NCBI GenBank assembly: GCA_033764955.1
Contig: JANRIL010000011.1
Location: 16,896 to 80,895, forward strand
Direction of reading: 5' to 3'
Length of the DNA stretch: 64,000 nt
From: Cyanobacteriota bacterium
Lineage (GTDB): Bacteria > Cyanobacteriota > Cyanobacteriia > Thermostichales > Thermostichaceae
Below, in pieces: positions 19,618 to 30,045 of this stretch. The translations under genes were made by a program, and so were the position numbers. Numbering within the stretch: the first letter of the stretch is position 1; the number at the start of each line of letters is the position of its first letter. The notes beneath the pieces are model-generated. The model ran no database searches. It saw only the letters and a list, made by a program, of their open reading frames with translations, and had not been told where the DNA came from.

Positions 19618-20189
19618 AAGGGTGTTTGATCGCCGGAACTTGGGATCCCGATGGAGGATCCACCGCCCAGTGGTTGGCACGAGGAATGCAGGCTTATTGG
19701 CAACACTTTCGCCCTCCGCAGGCTCTTCACATTCTCACGATTCCAGCACGGGGGGGAGATTGGGCGACTCTCTGGCAAACCTACAGCCAACAGGTGTCAG
19801 GTGGGGCGGATCCCGTCCTGTTACTCTACCCTGGCAGCTTGGGGGATGGCCTGACCCCCCACACCACAGTGGCGGATTTGGCGCGGGACTGGCGCTCTCC
19901 GCTGATTTTGACCCTCCCACTTGGCCGCCAGATGGTTAGCCAAGCTGTGGCTTTCGCTGCTCTGGTTCGCCATAGCCAAGCTCATCTAGTCGGGTTTGTG
20001 GTGTTTGAGGTGGAGGAGACGCCCTTTGAGGAAGCTATGGATCTAGAGAAAATGGCCAGCCAAGTGGAAACCCTCACCCAAACGCCCCTGTTGGGGTGTC
20101 TGCGGATCCCCCATCTGGCTGAGGGAGCCGTCGCCAATGCCGATCTGGCTAGATGGGCGACTGACTTGAATTGGGAGCGATTGGGCTAA
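19599..20189 (+). CDS. BioD-like (dethiobiotin synthetase fold) protein with degenerate P-loop
   Basis: LIAGTWDPDGGSTAQWLARGMQAYW aligns with the BioD GTDTxVGKT...L region but lacks the GK[T/S]. The downstream part, LLLYPGSLGDGL...PLILTLPLGRQMVSQAV...LVGFVV, parallels BioD strands. Confidence 0.35.
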   Translation: MGATVLKGCLIAGTWDPDGGSTAQWLARGMQAYWQHFRPPQALHILTIPARGGDWATLWQTYSQQVSGGADPVLLLYPGSLGDGLTPHTTVADLARDWRSPLILTLPLGRQMVSQAVAFAALVRHSQAHLVGFVVFEVEETPFEEAMDLEKMASQVETLTQTPLLGCLRIPHLAEGAVANADLARWATDLNWERLG

Positions 20190-20193
20190 ACCG

Positions 20194-20850
20194 ATGGCAG
20201 GACGTTCTTGGGTGCAACAACTGCCTTTGCTGGTGGGCATTTTGGGGGCAGGGTTGTTGATGGGGAACCGCCTCTGGTTTACCCCAGAATTGCTGTTGAG
20301 CCAGTCCCGTTCTGATGCCTTGGGGATTGTTTTAAGTGCCCTCCTCATTTTGACTGGGTTGTTGTGGCAGCAGATTCAACCTGCCGATCCCGAGTCTGTG
20401 GGGTTAACCGGAGAACCTCGCCTGTGGCTCAGCCCTACCCTCACCCCCGATCAGCAGCTAGAAATAGGTTGGATCACGCAATCCCTGCTCAAGGCCACTG
20501 CTACTCGCAGTCTGGCGATTTGGTGGCAGGGATCCCTGATTGTCGAACGGGGGATTTTCCCGGCAAAAAGCGAGGGGGGGGACTGGCAACCGGGAACGAT
20601 TGGGCAACGGGTTCTATCTACAGGGCGGTCGGTTTACCTGGTCGATCTGAAATTGTTTCCAGGTCGCCGCGAATTTATCCCGCTCTTCCCCGACAATATT
20701 CAAGCCTTACTTTGTCAACCGCTTGAGCAGCAAGGGATTTTGTTATTAGCCACTGACACTCCCCGCGCCCTCACCCCCCGCGATCAGGTGTGGATTGAAT
20801 TGTTCGCTGAGAAACTCACCTATCTCTTGCAGACAAACAGGAAGCATTAG
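20194..20850 (+). CDS. cofactor assembly of complex C (CCB2/CCB4-like, DUF2930) protein
   Basis: Two N-terminal TM helices plus a soluble domain. Size and pattern resemble cyanobacterial CCB subunit B proteins. Confidence 0.45.
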   Translation: MAGRSWVQQLPLLVGILGAGLLMGNRLWFTPELLLSQSRSDALGIVLSALLILTGLLWQQIQPADPESVGLTGEPRLWLSPTLTPDQQLEIGWITQSLLKATATRSLAIWWQGSLIVERGIFPAKSEGGDWQPGTIGQRVLSTGRSVYLVDLKLFPGRREFIPLFPDNIQALLCQPLEQQGILLLATDTPRALTPRDQVWIELFAEKLTYLLQTNRKH

Positions 20851-21026
20851 GGATCCCAGAGCCGAAACCACCAACATGTCAGACCAGCAACAAATAGATC
20901 CGTAAGGATGCTCAGACGGCAACCAACTACTAGGGATGCCCTTACCAAATCGACCGATAGCAAAATCAACAGGGATCAGGTGCCAATGGCAGGCCAAAAA
21001 TGTTTAAGATATATCACTAACCTATT

Positions 21027-21947
21027 TTGAGATGGAATCTTGTGGTTGCCAACTATCCTTTTTCGGAAGCCTGTGATCCCTTAAGTCGTGCCCAAATTTT
21101 GAGCGAGGCATTACCCTACATTCAACAGTTTCGCGGACGCACGATTGTCATTAAATATGGCGGGGCGGCGATGGTGCACCAAGATCGGCGGGCGGAAGTG
21201 TTGCGGGATTTGGTCTTTCTCTCCTGCGTAGGGATCCATCCGGTTTTGGTGCATGGGGGTGGGCCTGAGATCAACAGTTGGCTACAAAAGTTGGATATCC
21301 CCTTCAAGTTTGTGGATGGGCTGCGAGTCACTGATGCCGCCACAATGGAGGTGGTAGAAATGGTGCTGGTGGGCAAAGTCAACAAGCAGATTGTTCAGTT
21401 AATTAACCTAGCGGGGGGATCCGCCGTCGGGCTGTGTGGACGGGATGGCAACTTAATTGTTGCTCGTTCGCAGGGGAGAGCCGACATTGGTTTTGTCGGA
21501 GAAGTCAGTAGTATCAACCCTGCCCTCCTGCAAACCCTAATTGCGGGTGGACATATTCCTGTTATTTCCAGTGTGGCAGCGGATGATGCGGGTCAGTCCT
21601 ACAACATCAACGCTGATACCGTTGCAGGAGAACTAGCGGCAGCTCTGGGAGCGGAAAAATTGGTGCTGCTGACCGATACCGCAGGCATTCTGCGGGATCC
21701 CAAGGATGCCAGCACTTTGGTTAATCTTCTGGATATCGAAACCGCCCGTCGCCTGATTGAGGAGGGGGTTGTTAAAGGGGGGATGATCCCCAAAGTGCAA
21801 TGCTGCATTCGTGCCCTTGCTCAAGGGGTGAAAGCTGCCCACATTATCGATGGCGGTGCTCCCCATACCCTGTTGTTAGAAATTTTGACGGATGAAGGAG
21901 TGGGATCCAAGCTGATTCCTTCGCAGTTTTCTCATGCGCTTAGCTGA
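21027..21947 (+). CDS. argB: acetylglutamate kinase
   Basis: [71 protein letters not shown]. The start codon is uncertain (TTG 21027 or GTG 21042). Confidence 0.9.
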   Translation: MRWNLVVANYPFSEACDPLSRAQILSEALPYIQQFRGRTIVIKYGGAAMVHQDRRAEVLRDLVFLSCVGIHPVLVHGGGPEINSWLQKLDIPFKFVDGLRVTDAATMEVVEMVLVGKVNKQIVQLINLAGGSAVGLCGRDGNLIVARSQGRADIGFVGEVSSINPALLQTLIAGGHIPVISSVAADDAGQSYNINADTVAGELAAALGAEKLVLLTDTAGILRDPKDASTLVNLLDIETARRLIEEGVVKGGMIPKVQCCIRALAQGVKAAHIIDGGAPHTLLLEILTDEGVGSKLIPSQFSHALS

Positions 21948-22251
21948 CACAGCCCTTTCCAGCCTGAGTGGATAGGATAAACCCTTTTCAGGGTGGGGCT
22001 TTGGCTATTTCCTTGTGTGTCTTCCCTGCAAAGTGCTGTAAGTCTGGTCTGGAACTAAGCAGCTCACCCAATAAAATAATCACAGGGGAAGCGGCCAATT
22101 CAAGTCAAGGTTAAGGGTAGTTCTATGGAAGTAATGGGGCATTCTAGTGATTCAAGAAATTGAAGATCATGCCAATAGGGTTCGCTAGTTTTTCGGAAAA
22201 GGATAGAGTTTTTCTGACTAGTTTTCCGATCGGGAGTCTAAGCAAATTCCT

Positions 22252-23340
22252 TCAACTCGCTCCCACCAAAACAGGTTGAGGGGCTTCAGGTGTTGGGGAG
22301 GGTTCTTGCTGAAGTTGTCGGATCATCTCAGGCACTACTTGATAGAGATCCCCAACAATTCCGTAGTGGGCGAACTTAAAGATGGGAGCCGCGCTGTCTT
22401 TATTGATGGCAATAATCAAGGCAGACTTATCCATGCCAACACGGTGCTGAATGGCTCCCGAAATGCCGCAGGCAATATAGATGCGCGGACGAACGGTTTT
22501 TCCGGTTTGCCCCACTTGATGAGCATAGGGGATCCAGCCGGAATCCACGGCTTTCCGCGAGGATCCCACGGCACTGTTGGGGAAGCAGGCGGCCAGATCG
22601 TGCATCAAGGCAAATCCTTCCGGGGATCCCAAGCCATAGCCCCCCGACACAATCACCTCCGCTTTGCTCAGCTCGATGGATTGGGTGAGGGAACGGATCG
22701 TTTCCACAATCTGGAGGGTGAGATCCTCTGGGTGGAAGTGAACCGGAATAGCAATGACGGAACCACGGCGGGAGGCATCAAAGGGCAGAGGAATCATCAC
22801 GCCGGGACGCACGGTTGCCATCTGGGGATTTTTCCAGGGGCCGAGGATGCGCGCCTTCAGGGACTCGCCAAAACTAGGACGGATGGCATAGAGACAGTCG
22901 GGGAACAGTCCAGATTTACTGGGATCCTTGCTGTTGCTGTATTCAAAGGAGCCAATATCGAGATCAGTGCAGTCGGCGGTCAGCCCCGTTTCCAGATAGG
23001 CGGCCAAGCGGGGGGCTAAATCCCGTCCGGTGGTGGTGGATCCCAACAAAATGGTGTGGGGTGGCTGGGCAAACGACTGAATGAGATCCGTCAAGACCCG
23101 TCGATAGGGAAGGGTGCGATAGGTGGTGAGTTCGGGGTGATCCGCCATAAAAACTTGATCGGCTCCGTACCCAATCAGGGTTGGTGCCAGATGCTCGATT
23201 TGGGATCCCAAGACAACTGCAGTCAAGCTAGCTCCCAACTTATCCGCTAGCAACCGACCTGCCCCCAACAACTCATAGGCAATCGGCTGGATTTCTCCCT
23301 CCACTTGCTCAGCAAAGACTAAAATCTGTTTCTCAGTCAT
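22252..23340 (-). CDS. etfA: electron transfer flavoprotein alpha subunit (EtfA/FixB)
   Basis: C-terminal FAD-binding motif (VGQTGKTVRPRIYIACGISGAIQH, IIAINKD..API). The ATG at 23340 overlaps the etfB stop (ATGA). Confidence 0.85.
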   Translation of the reverse strand: MTEKQILVFAEQVEGEIQPIAYELLGAGRLLADKLGASLTAVVLGSQIEHLAPTLIGYGADQVFMADHPELTTYRTLPYRRVLTDLIQSFAQPPHTILLGSTTTGRDLAPRLAAYLETGLTADCTDLDIGSFEYSNSKDPSKSGLFPDCLYAIRPSFGESLKARILGPWKNPQMATVRPGVMIPLPFDASRRGSVIAIPVHFHPEDLTLQIVETIRSLTQSIELSKAEVIVSGGYGLGSPEGFALMHDLAACFPNSAVGSSRKAVDSGWIPYAHQVGQTGKTVRPRIYIACGISGAIQHRVGMDKSALIIAINKDSAAPIFKFAHYGIVGDLYQVVPEMIRQLQQEPSPTPEAPQPVLVGAS

Positions 23341-24158
23341 AGCCTCACCATCTCCCGTAAGCCCACCTGCTGAACCATGTCTTGCACCAAAAACTCGACG
23401 GGCTTCCCCTGCAACACCTGACAATTACCGCCGATTTCCCCCACCTTCTCGGTAGCAGCCACAATGGTTGGGGATCCCTTCAACCCACAGCGATCGGGAT
23501 CCGCCCCCACATCGTCTAGGTTGATGATTTGGATGACCTGATGGCGTGCCTGCTCGTCCCGTTGCAGATGCTGCACCAATTGGCACCCCCGCAGCGTTTG
23601 ATAGGCCAGACGAGGGGCGGAATTAGCCACCGTCACCAAGGCGGGCAACGGGCAGACCACCGTTTGGGATCCCCCTTCGATAGCCCGTCGCGCCACGATC
23701 TGTTGATCCCGCCATTCAAAGGCTTCGCAGTAAGTAATCTGGGGAATTTGTAAGCGTTCAGCCAGCTGTGGCCCCACTTGGGCGGTATCGCCATCTGTCG
23801 TTTGCAATCCACAAAAGATCAGGTCAAAAGCGCCGGCAAACTGAACGGTTTTGTAGAGGGTATAGGCCGTCGCCAGGGTGTCGGAGGCGGCCAACCGACG
23901 ATCTGTCATCAAAATAGCCCGATCCGCCCCGTGGGCAATCGCTTCATACAAAATCTCGATGGCCGGAGGAGGTCCCATCGTAATTGCCGTAACCGTCGCT
24001 CCGTAAAGCCGCTTGGTTTGGAGAGCTGCTTCCAGGGCATAGCGATCAAAAGGATTGAGCATCCGCTTGGCTTTGGCGCGATCGATGGTGCCATCAGCAT
24101 TGATGCCGGCTTTCGACCCTTGATCGGGAACCTGTTTGATTAGCACAAAACTGTTCAA
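23337..24158 (-). CDS. etfB: electron transfer flavoprotein beta subunit (EtfB/FixA)
   Basis: VLIKQVPD..., NPFDRYALEAAL, DLIFCGLQTTDGDTAQVGPQLAERL are typical EtfB motifs. Confidence 0.85.
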   Translation of the reverse strand: MNSFVLIKQVPDQGSKAGINADGTIDRAKAKRMLNPFDRYALEAALQTKRLYGATVTAITMGPPPAIEILYEAIAHGADRAILMTDRRLAASDTLATAYTLYKTVQFAGAFDLIFCGLQTTDGDTAQVGPQLAERLQIPQITYCEAFEWRDQQIVARRAIEGGSQTVVCPLPALVTVANSAPRLAYQTLRGCQLVQHLQRDEQARHQVIQIINLDDVGADPDRCGLKGSPTIVAATEKVGEIGGNCQVLQGKPVEFLVQDMVQQVGLREMVRL

Positions 24159-24284
24159 GGCAGCCGTAAAACCCCCCTGCGAGTAGCATTGCTTTAGGCT
24201 AAAAGGGATCCCTGATGAGGCAGGAGATCTTTACCATGTCTATAGATTTGCTAGGGTTGTGGGCAAACAGGGATCCCCCCCTGT

Positions 24285-25418
24285 TCAAGGGAGCGCGGTG
24301 AACCATTGCCGGAGGGCTTCCACAATCCGCTGACTGGCTTGTCCATCTCCAAAGGGATTTTCAGCATGAGCCATCTGGGCATAGGCTACTGGATTTCCCA
24401 ATAACTCCGCCGCTGCCGCCACAATCCCATCGGGATCCGTTCCCACCAGGCGAGCCGTGCCTGCCGCCACCGCCTCCGGACGCTCGGTGGTTTGGCGCAA
24501 CACCAAGACCGGTTTTCCTAGGGCAGGGGCTTCCTCTTGAATGCCTCCCGAATCACTCAAAATCAGCGTGCAGTGCTGCATCGCTGCCACCCAGAGATGA
24601 TAATCCAACGGCTCACTTAAAAAGACGCGGGGATGGGATCCCAAGCTGGTCTGCAAGGGTTGGCGCACAATGGCATTGCGGTGCAGGGGTAACAGCAGCG
24701 CCGTATCGGGGAACTGCTCCAAGATTCGCAACAGCGCCTTGGCAATATCCTGAATCGGGGATCCCCAATTTTCGCGGCGATGCACTGTTACCAACAGAAC
24801 CCGCTGCTTCCCCCAGTCCAGTTCGGGGATGGGACAGGGGATGCCTTTTTGAGCTACCTGCATCAGGGCATCGATCACCGTATTGCCCGTCTTGATAATC
24901 TGACCCACTACATCACTCCGGCTGAGATTCGTGACTGCCTCCTGGGTTGGGGCAAAATGCAGACTAGCCAGTTGAGAAATCAGACGGCGATTGGCCTCTT
25001 CGGGATACGGATTAAACAGATCATGGGTACGCAAACCCGCCTCCACATGCGCCACGGCAATTTTTTGATAAAACGCGGCCAATGTGGCGGCAAAAGCTGT
25101 TGTGGTATCCCCCTGCACCATCACCAGATGCGGTTGAGCCTCCAGAAAATAGGTTTCCAATCCCCGTAAACTGCGCTCGGTGATATCCGTGAGGGTTTGT
25201 CCCGCCTGCATGATGTTGAGATCCCGATCGGCGCAGATGCCAAACAAGGCCATCACCTGATCCACCATCTCGCGGTGTTGTCCCGTCAAAACCACCTCGA
25301 CCCGCCAGTCCGTCACCGCCTGAAGCGCCAGAATGACCGGAGCCAACTTGATGGCCTCAGGCCGTGTGCCCAAGATCACTGTGATGTGTGGGATAAAACG
25401 GAGTGGAGGGATCCCCAT
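24285..25418 (-). CDS. wecB: UDP-N-acetylglucosamine 2-epimerase (non-hydrolysing)
   Basis: VILGTRPEAIKLAPV, VQGDTTT, HVEAGLRT, PEEANRR, SDSGGIQEEAPALGKPVLVLR. Confidence 0.9.
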   Translation of the reverse strand: MGIPPLRFIPHITVILGTRPEAIKLAPVILALQAVTDWRVEVVLTGQHREMVDQVMALFGICADRDLNIMQAGQTLTDITERSLRGLETYFLEAQPHLVMVQGDTTTAFAATLAAFYQKIAVAHVEAGLRTHDLFNPYPEEANRRLISQLASLHFAPTQEAVTNLSRSDVVGQIIKTGNTVIDALMQVAQKGIPCPIPELDWGKQRVLLVTVHRRENWGSPIQDIAKALLRILEQFPDTALLLPLHRNAIVRQPLQTSLGSHPRVFLSEPLDYHLWVAAMQHCTLILSDSGGIQEEAPALGKPVLVLRQTTERPEAVAAGTARLVGTDPDGIVAAAAELLGNPVAYAQMAHAENPFGDGQASQRIVEALRQWFTALP

Positions 25419-27486
25419 GAGATGGCAAATAAACAGGTGAATGGCAGGGCAAAGCGGGCAGTTCTACGGTAAACGTTGTCAAGCCCTCCTGACTGATCAC
25501 ACTGATCTTACCTCCCAGTTGTTCCGCTAGTTTTTTCACCAAAGCTAAGCCCAGCCCGGTTCCACCCCGTTTATAGGGATCCGCATTAGGGACTCGATAA
25601 AACTTCTCAAAGATGTGGGGTAATTCTTCCGCCGGAATTTCCGCTTGATTACTGATCTCAAAAATCACCCCCCCGTCCACAGGGGCGGGCTGAGCGGCTA
25701 ACTGAATTTCTCCCTCTGGCCCCGTATATTTGCAGGCATTGTTGAGTAACTCTCCCAAAATTCGTTCGACCTTGAGGGGATCACTCGTGAGAATAGGCAA
25801 AGGATCCGCCAGGGATAATTGAAATGTCTGGTGAAAACTTTGAAAACGAGAATAAAATGGCTCCACCACCTCCTGAATCCAAAGGTTAAGGTGGATAGGG
25901 GTGACGTGATAGCGATCAGCTCCCGCCTCCAGACGTTGCAGATCCAAAAGATCGTTAATCAACTCGATTTCCCGCGTACATTCCGTCTCCATTACCCGCA
26001 AATATTGCTGGCGACGGTCTTCCGGCAGATGTTGCCGTAGCATATGAATTGACATCTTGATATTGGACATAGGCGTTCGTAATTCATGGGAAACCGTGTT
26101 TAAGAAATCATCCTTGAGGTGGTGGAGTTTTTCTAATTCTTCCACCTCATGTTGTGCTGTTTTATAGAGGCGCGCCTGGCGAATGCCAATCGCACACTGA
26201 TTCGCCACTTGCTCTACCAGACGAATTTCTAAGTCATTAAAAATATGGTCGCTTGCCTTAAATAGCCAAAGATCTCCCAGCACGCCATGCCCATCAAAAA
26301 TTGGACAGGCCAAAACAGACAAAGGATGATAGTTCCTCCGAAAATTATGAGGATCCCAATCGGTTAGGCAAAACTGGACGAAGGCTCCATTAATTAGTTG
26401 TTGATAAAGTTCCGGCATCCGATCCATCGTCGCTGTATGGCAATGACTGTAGGCTTGATGATCAAAGTATTCATGAATAATTTGTGACTGTTTTTGGGGA
26501 ATATCATAGATGCCTGTATCACAACCAGTTGCTTCTAAAACCTCCGCTAGCTCCTGAATAGCAATTTGTAAAATTTGATTTTCATCTAGGCTATCTCGAA
26601 CCTTATCCGTAATCCGTTTGAGGGTGGCTTCAAAGTCTAAAAGTTGCCGCAGTTGTTGGGTTCGATCTCTAACTTGAATCTCTAGGTCAGCATTGAGTCG
26701 TTCAATCTTTTCATAAAAAATTCGTTGCTGATCCTCCGCCAATTTTTGGTCGGTAATATCCCTGAGGGTGCCAGCAATACCATTCACCTCCCCCCGCTCA
26801 TCGTAGGTGAGTTGAGCCTGGAGAGCTAACCAGCGCACCTGTTGGTGAATGGTTAAGAAGCGAGCTTCGTAACGGCAATCTTTGACTTTAAGTTGAACTA
26901 AGGACAAAAACGATTCGGAGGTGAGTCGGCGATCTTTGGGATCCACAAAAGTTAGGATGCTTTGCCCTAGACTTTGCCCCACCGAGTACCCTGTGATCCG
27001 TGTCCAAGCTGGGTTAAGAAAAGTCCAGACTCCTGCGGCATCGGTTTGAAAGATCACCTCTTGAACGGTGTTGAGGACGGATTGATATTTTTTCTGACCC
27101 CGCCGCAATTCTTTTTGGGAGCGCTCTAGAGCGGAAATCAAGCGGTTTAGGACATGCGCCAGATCCGAAAGTTCATCCTCACCTGTTGATCCCACCCGTT
27201 GGGACAGATCGTAGCTCGCGCTGATCAGGGTGACTTCTTGGGTGAGACGAGATAACCGACTCAGCACCAATTTTTGTAAAGTAAACAGACTCAACCCGCA
27301 AAACCCCAGCCCAAATCCCCCCAACAATGTCATTAGATAATCGTCGATCCACAGTCTTTGTAAGGGCAGATGGGTGGATCCCCACTTAAGAATCACCATC
27401 AAACTGAGGATGCTGCCCGTGATGATCAATGCGGTTTTCTGCTGCAACTTCATGAGGGAGAGGAAATGAAATTCTACATTAAGCAA
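25357..27486 (-). CDS. multidomain sensor histidine kinase (TM-HAMP-PAS-GAF-HisKA-HATPase)
   Basis: H-box FLNTVSHELRTPM, N-box LLNNACKYT, G-boxes GTGLGLALVKKL. Upstream PAS-like and GAF-like segments. The 3' tail overlaps the wecB start by 62 nt. Confidence 0.85.
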   Translation of the reverse strand: MLNVEFHFLSLMKLQQKTALIITGSILSLMVILKWGSTHLPLQRLWIDDYLMTLLGGFGLGFCGLSLFTLQKLVLSRLSRLTQEVTLISASYDLSQRVGSTGEDELSDLAHVLNRLISALERSQKELRRGQKKYQSVLNTVQEVIFQTDAAGVWTFLNPAWTRITGYSVGQSLGQSILTFVDPKDRRLTSESFLSLVQLKVKDCRYEARFLTIHQQVRWLALQAQLTYDERGEVNGIAGTLRDITDQKLAEDQQRIFYEKIERLNADLEIQVRDRTQQLRQLLDFEATLKRITDKVRDSLDENQILQIAIQELAEVLEATGCDTGIYDIPQKQSQIIHEYFDHQAYSHCHTATMDRMPELYQQLINGAFVQFCLTDWDPHNFRRNYHPLSVLACPIFDGHGVLGDLWLFKASDHIFNDLEIRLVEQVANQCAIGIRQARLYKTAQHEVEELEKLHHLKDDFLNTVSHELRTPMSNIKMSIHMLRQHLPEDRRQQYLRVMETECTREIELINDLLDLQRLEAGADRYHVTPIHLNLWIQEVVEPFYSRFQSFHQTFQLSLADPLPILTSDPLKVERILGELLNNACKYTGPEGEIQLAAQPAPVDGGVIFEISNQAEIPAEELPHIFEKFYRVPNADPYKRGGTGLGLALVKKLAEQLGGKISVISQEGLTTFTVELPALPCHSPVYLPSHGDPSTPFYPTHHSDLGHTA

Positions 27487-27900
27487 TTTTTTGACAAGAA
27501 AAATTAAGCATCAAAGCTATCCAAACCAAAGAAATGGTTGTCAAAGAGAAGGGACGATTCATTGGTGAGGGCTAATTTCACAACTATCATGGATTTGGGT
27601 GAGTCGGGTAATGAGGTTAGGACAGTCAGGGATCCCTAATTTATCAAATAGAATTCTACCCCCTTCTCTCCTTGAAAATAATCCGTATGCTTCAGAGAGA
27701 CGAGTTACCACTATGAGCTTGACTCAGGCAAATTATATTTCAAAAACACCTTCAAAAATAATTGGGATAAACTGAATATTCATTTAATAATCTGTTCATT
27801 ATCTCGGTAATTTGACTGGGTCATTTAACCCGATACTCCGACCAGCTCAAATGAATGATGTAATCTAGTTGGATAATCTAAACTAGGTCAGCTAACTAGA

Positions 27901-28494
27901 TTGCTGATGTCTGTATTTTCTCAGGGATCCCGTTTGACTTCTTCAGAACCGTTAACCACTCTGATTCGGCGTAGCCAAGCCCTGCAAACGGGGCACTTTC
28001 AGCTAGCCAGTGGCCTTCATGCCAGTCGGTTCTTTCGCGCCATTCTGTTGCTACAGGATCCCATCGCAGCGGATCCTCTGTTTGATCGTCTGGCCGAGCG
28101 CTTTTGCGGGGAAGGGGTTGACCTCGTGTTGGGAGCCAATGCGGCGGGGAGTATCTTGGCCTTTGAGGTGGCGAGGCGCTTAGGCTGCTCTATCCTGATT
28201 GCCCAAGAGCAGGAACAACGCTATCGGTTGATGGAAGGGTTTGCCATTTCCCAGGGCTGCCGGGTCCTGGTGGTGGATGATGTCACCACCACAGGAGGAA
28301 CCGCGAAACAGTTGCTGGGCTTAGTTCGTAGCGCTCAGGGGATCCCAGTAGGAGTGGGATTAATCGCCACGAAGGGGTTATTTCAGGTAGATCTGGGTTG
28401 TCGCACGGAGGTATTGCTGCCTCTGGAGGGCATGGATGCTTACCCAGCCCAGGATTGCCCTCTTTGCCAACAGGGGATCCCTCTGACTCGCTGA
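27901..28494 (+). CDS. pyrE: orotate phosphoribosyltransferase-like protein
   Basis: GHFQLASGLHASRFF and the PRPP-binding loop VLVVDDVTTTGGT. Confidence 0.7.
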   Translation: MLMSVFSQGSRLTSSEPLTTLIRRSQALQTGHFQLASGLHASRFFRAILLLQDPIAADPLFDRLAERFCGEGVDLVLGANAAGSILAFEVARRLGCSILIAQEQEQRYRLMEGFAISQGCRVLVVDDVTTTGGTAKQLLGLVRSAQGIPVGVGLIATKGLFQVDLGCRTEVLLPLEGMDAYPAQDCPLCQQGIPLTR

Positions 28495-28501
28495 GGGGGA
28501 A

Positions 28502-29176
28502 TTAACTATGAATGGGGGGGCGGCGGAGATAGGTGGGCAAAACCCCTTGCCAAGCTGGACGGGATCCCTGCTGATAGGCGCGAGCGGCCCATTCGGCCAC
28601 GCCTAAGGTGGGGGGGGTGGCGGGGCTGGTTGGGGCTTCTTGCACAGGTGGGTTGCCCTGATCGGCTAAACAGGTTTGCCAAGCGGCAGCAGTCCATAAT
28701 TGGTCGGCCACCGTCGTATGCAGGTGATGGGTGATGGGATCCCATTGGTAGATGCCACCGTAGTATTCTCCCCGTTGGGCATCCATGCTGACGGCTAGGG
28801 GGGTGGGGGAGGTAGTCGGTTGTTGCCGGAAATACTGCTGCGCCAGAGCCGCCAAACTAGAGACACCAAAAACAGGCAGATGCAGGGTTTGACCGAGGGT
28901 GCGGGCTACCGTTACCCCCAGCCGACAACCCGTAAAGCTGCCTGGCCCAGTGGCAACCGCAATCGCCGCCAATCCGGCCCAGGTTTGGGGGGGCAACCAG
29001 GCTTGCAAGAGGGGATGCAGTTGAGCCGCCAGCTCTCGATCCAGCCACCACGACTGATGGCGGGGGATCCCTTGCTCCGAAACCTGAGCCGACTTATGGG
29101 CGGATAACGGCCAGAGAGCTAACCCCAGGGAGGGGGTGGTGGTGTGCAGGGCTAAGATCCACAAATCAGAGTTCAT
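28502..29176 (-). CDS. tsaB: tRNA threonylcarbamoyladenosine biosynthesis protein TsaB
   Basis: ILALHTTTPSLGLAL and VATGPGSFTGCRLGVTVARTLGQTLHLPVFGVSSL. ATG at 29176 was chosen over the longer ORF. Confidence 0.8.
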   Translation of the reverse strand: MNSDLWILALHTTTPSLGLALWPLSAHKSAQVSEQGIPRHQSWWLDRELAAQLHPLLQAWLPPQTWAGLAAIAVATGPGSFTGCRLGVTVARTLGQTLHLPVFGVSSLAALAQQYFRQQPTTSPTPLAVSMDAQRGEYYGGIYQWDPITHHLHTTVADQLWTAAAWQTCLADQGNPPVQEAPTSPATPPTLGVAEWAARAYQQGSRPAWQGVLPTYLRRPPIHS

Positions 29177-29969
29177 CGGGGTTGATTCCCATCGCACGCA
29201 GACGATCCGCCAGTTGTGCCACTCGATTTTCTGCTTCTGTGGCGCGATGTTCCGTCTGTTGGGCGCAGGCTTCGGCGGCACGGCGAGCCTTGGCTTCCAC
29301 TTCTTCTGGGGTGAGCAGCCAGGATCCCTCGCCATCGAACCAGCGTAACCACAGTCGTTCCTGTTTTAGCCAGTAGCCTTGCCATAGCCCCAAGCCCAGT
29401 TGCAAACGGGGAAACCAAACTCGTGGTTGCCCAAGCACTCTTTCTTGATAATGTCCTTCGATCCACTCAAACACGCGCATCTGATCGGTGCTGCTGTCAA
29501 ACACCACATAATAGGGCACAGCTAGGATCTGCTCATAAACCTGCCATTGCATCGGGGGTTGCTGGGGATCACGGATCCCTTGCCCCAGGTCTTCATCTTC
29601 GGTTCCAGGGGAGAGAAACTCAATCACAATCGTCGGATTGATCGGCTCCTGCCAGCAGACATAGCTTTGCCGCAGTTCCTTGCCCTGATAGAGGCGGGAT
29701 CCCCCCACAACCCCAAACCAATCGGGGCGTTTGTACCAGCGCGGATGCTGGAGATCGTAATAAAGGTTGAGACCGATGGCAGAAAATACCGTTTCTGGCG
29801 GATATGCAGGTGGGCGAAAGGTGAGAGAGAGGAGTTGGGGTTGCCAAATATGAAACTCGTCAGGCACGCCGGACTGTCCTACTTCTTCGCTGGGCAAGTC
29901 ATACATCGTTGGCCAATCTGCCCGATTTCGTTGATCTGTGACGGTGTTGGGGATCCCACTCTGCACCAT
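29166..29969 (-). CDS. Uma2-family (DUF820) putative endonuclease with C-terminal coiled coil
   Basis: MYDLPSE...H..Q...L, DLQHPRWYKRPDWFGVVG and VIEFLSPGTEDEDLG are typical of cyanobacterial Uma2 proteins. Confidence 0.75.
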   Translation of the reverse strand: MVQSGIPNTVTDQRNRADWPTMYDLPSEEVGQSGVPDEFHIWQPQLLSLTFRPPAYPPETVFSAIGLNLYYDLQHPRWYKRPDWFGVVGGSRLYQGKELRQSYVCWQEPINPTIVIEFLSPGTEDEDLGQGIRDPQQPPMQWQVYEQILAVPYYVVFDSSTDQMRVFEWIEGHYQERVLGQPRVWFPRLQLGLGLWQGYWLKQERLWLRWFDGEGSWLLTPEEVEAKARRAAEACAQQTEHRATEAENRVAQLADRLRAMGINPDEL

Positions 29970-30045
29970 AACCCTGGGTCAAGAGGATTTTTTCTATCTC
30001 TACTGTAGCGGAAGCCGCTAGCTGCTAAAGTCAAAAGACTAGGGG

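Noticed and set aside
22276-23019. 247-aa ORF on the + strand opposite etfA
   Set aside because: It lies entirely antisense to a well-supported etfA gene. The composition is Gly/Arg/His-rich with no motifs, which is typical of a shadow ORF in GC-biased coding DNA.
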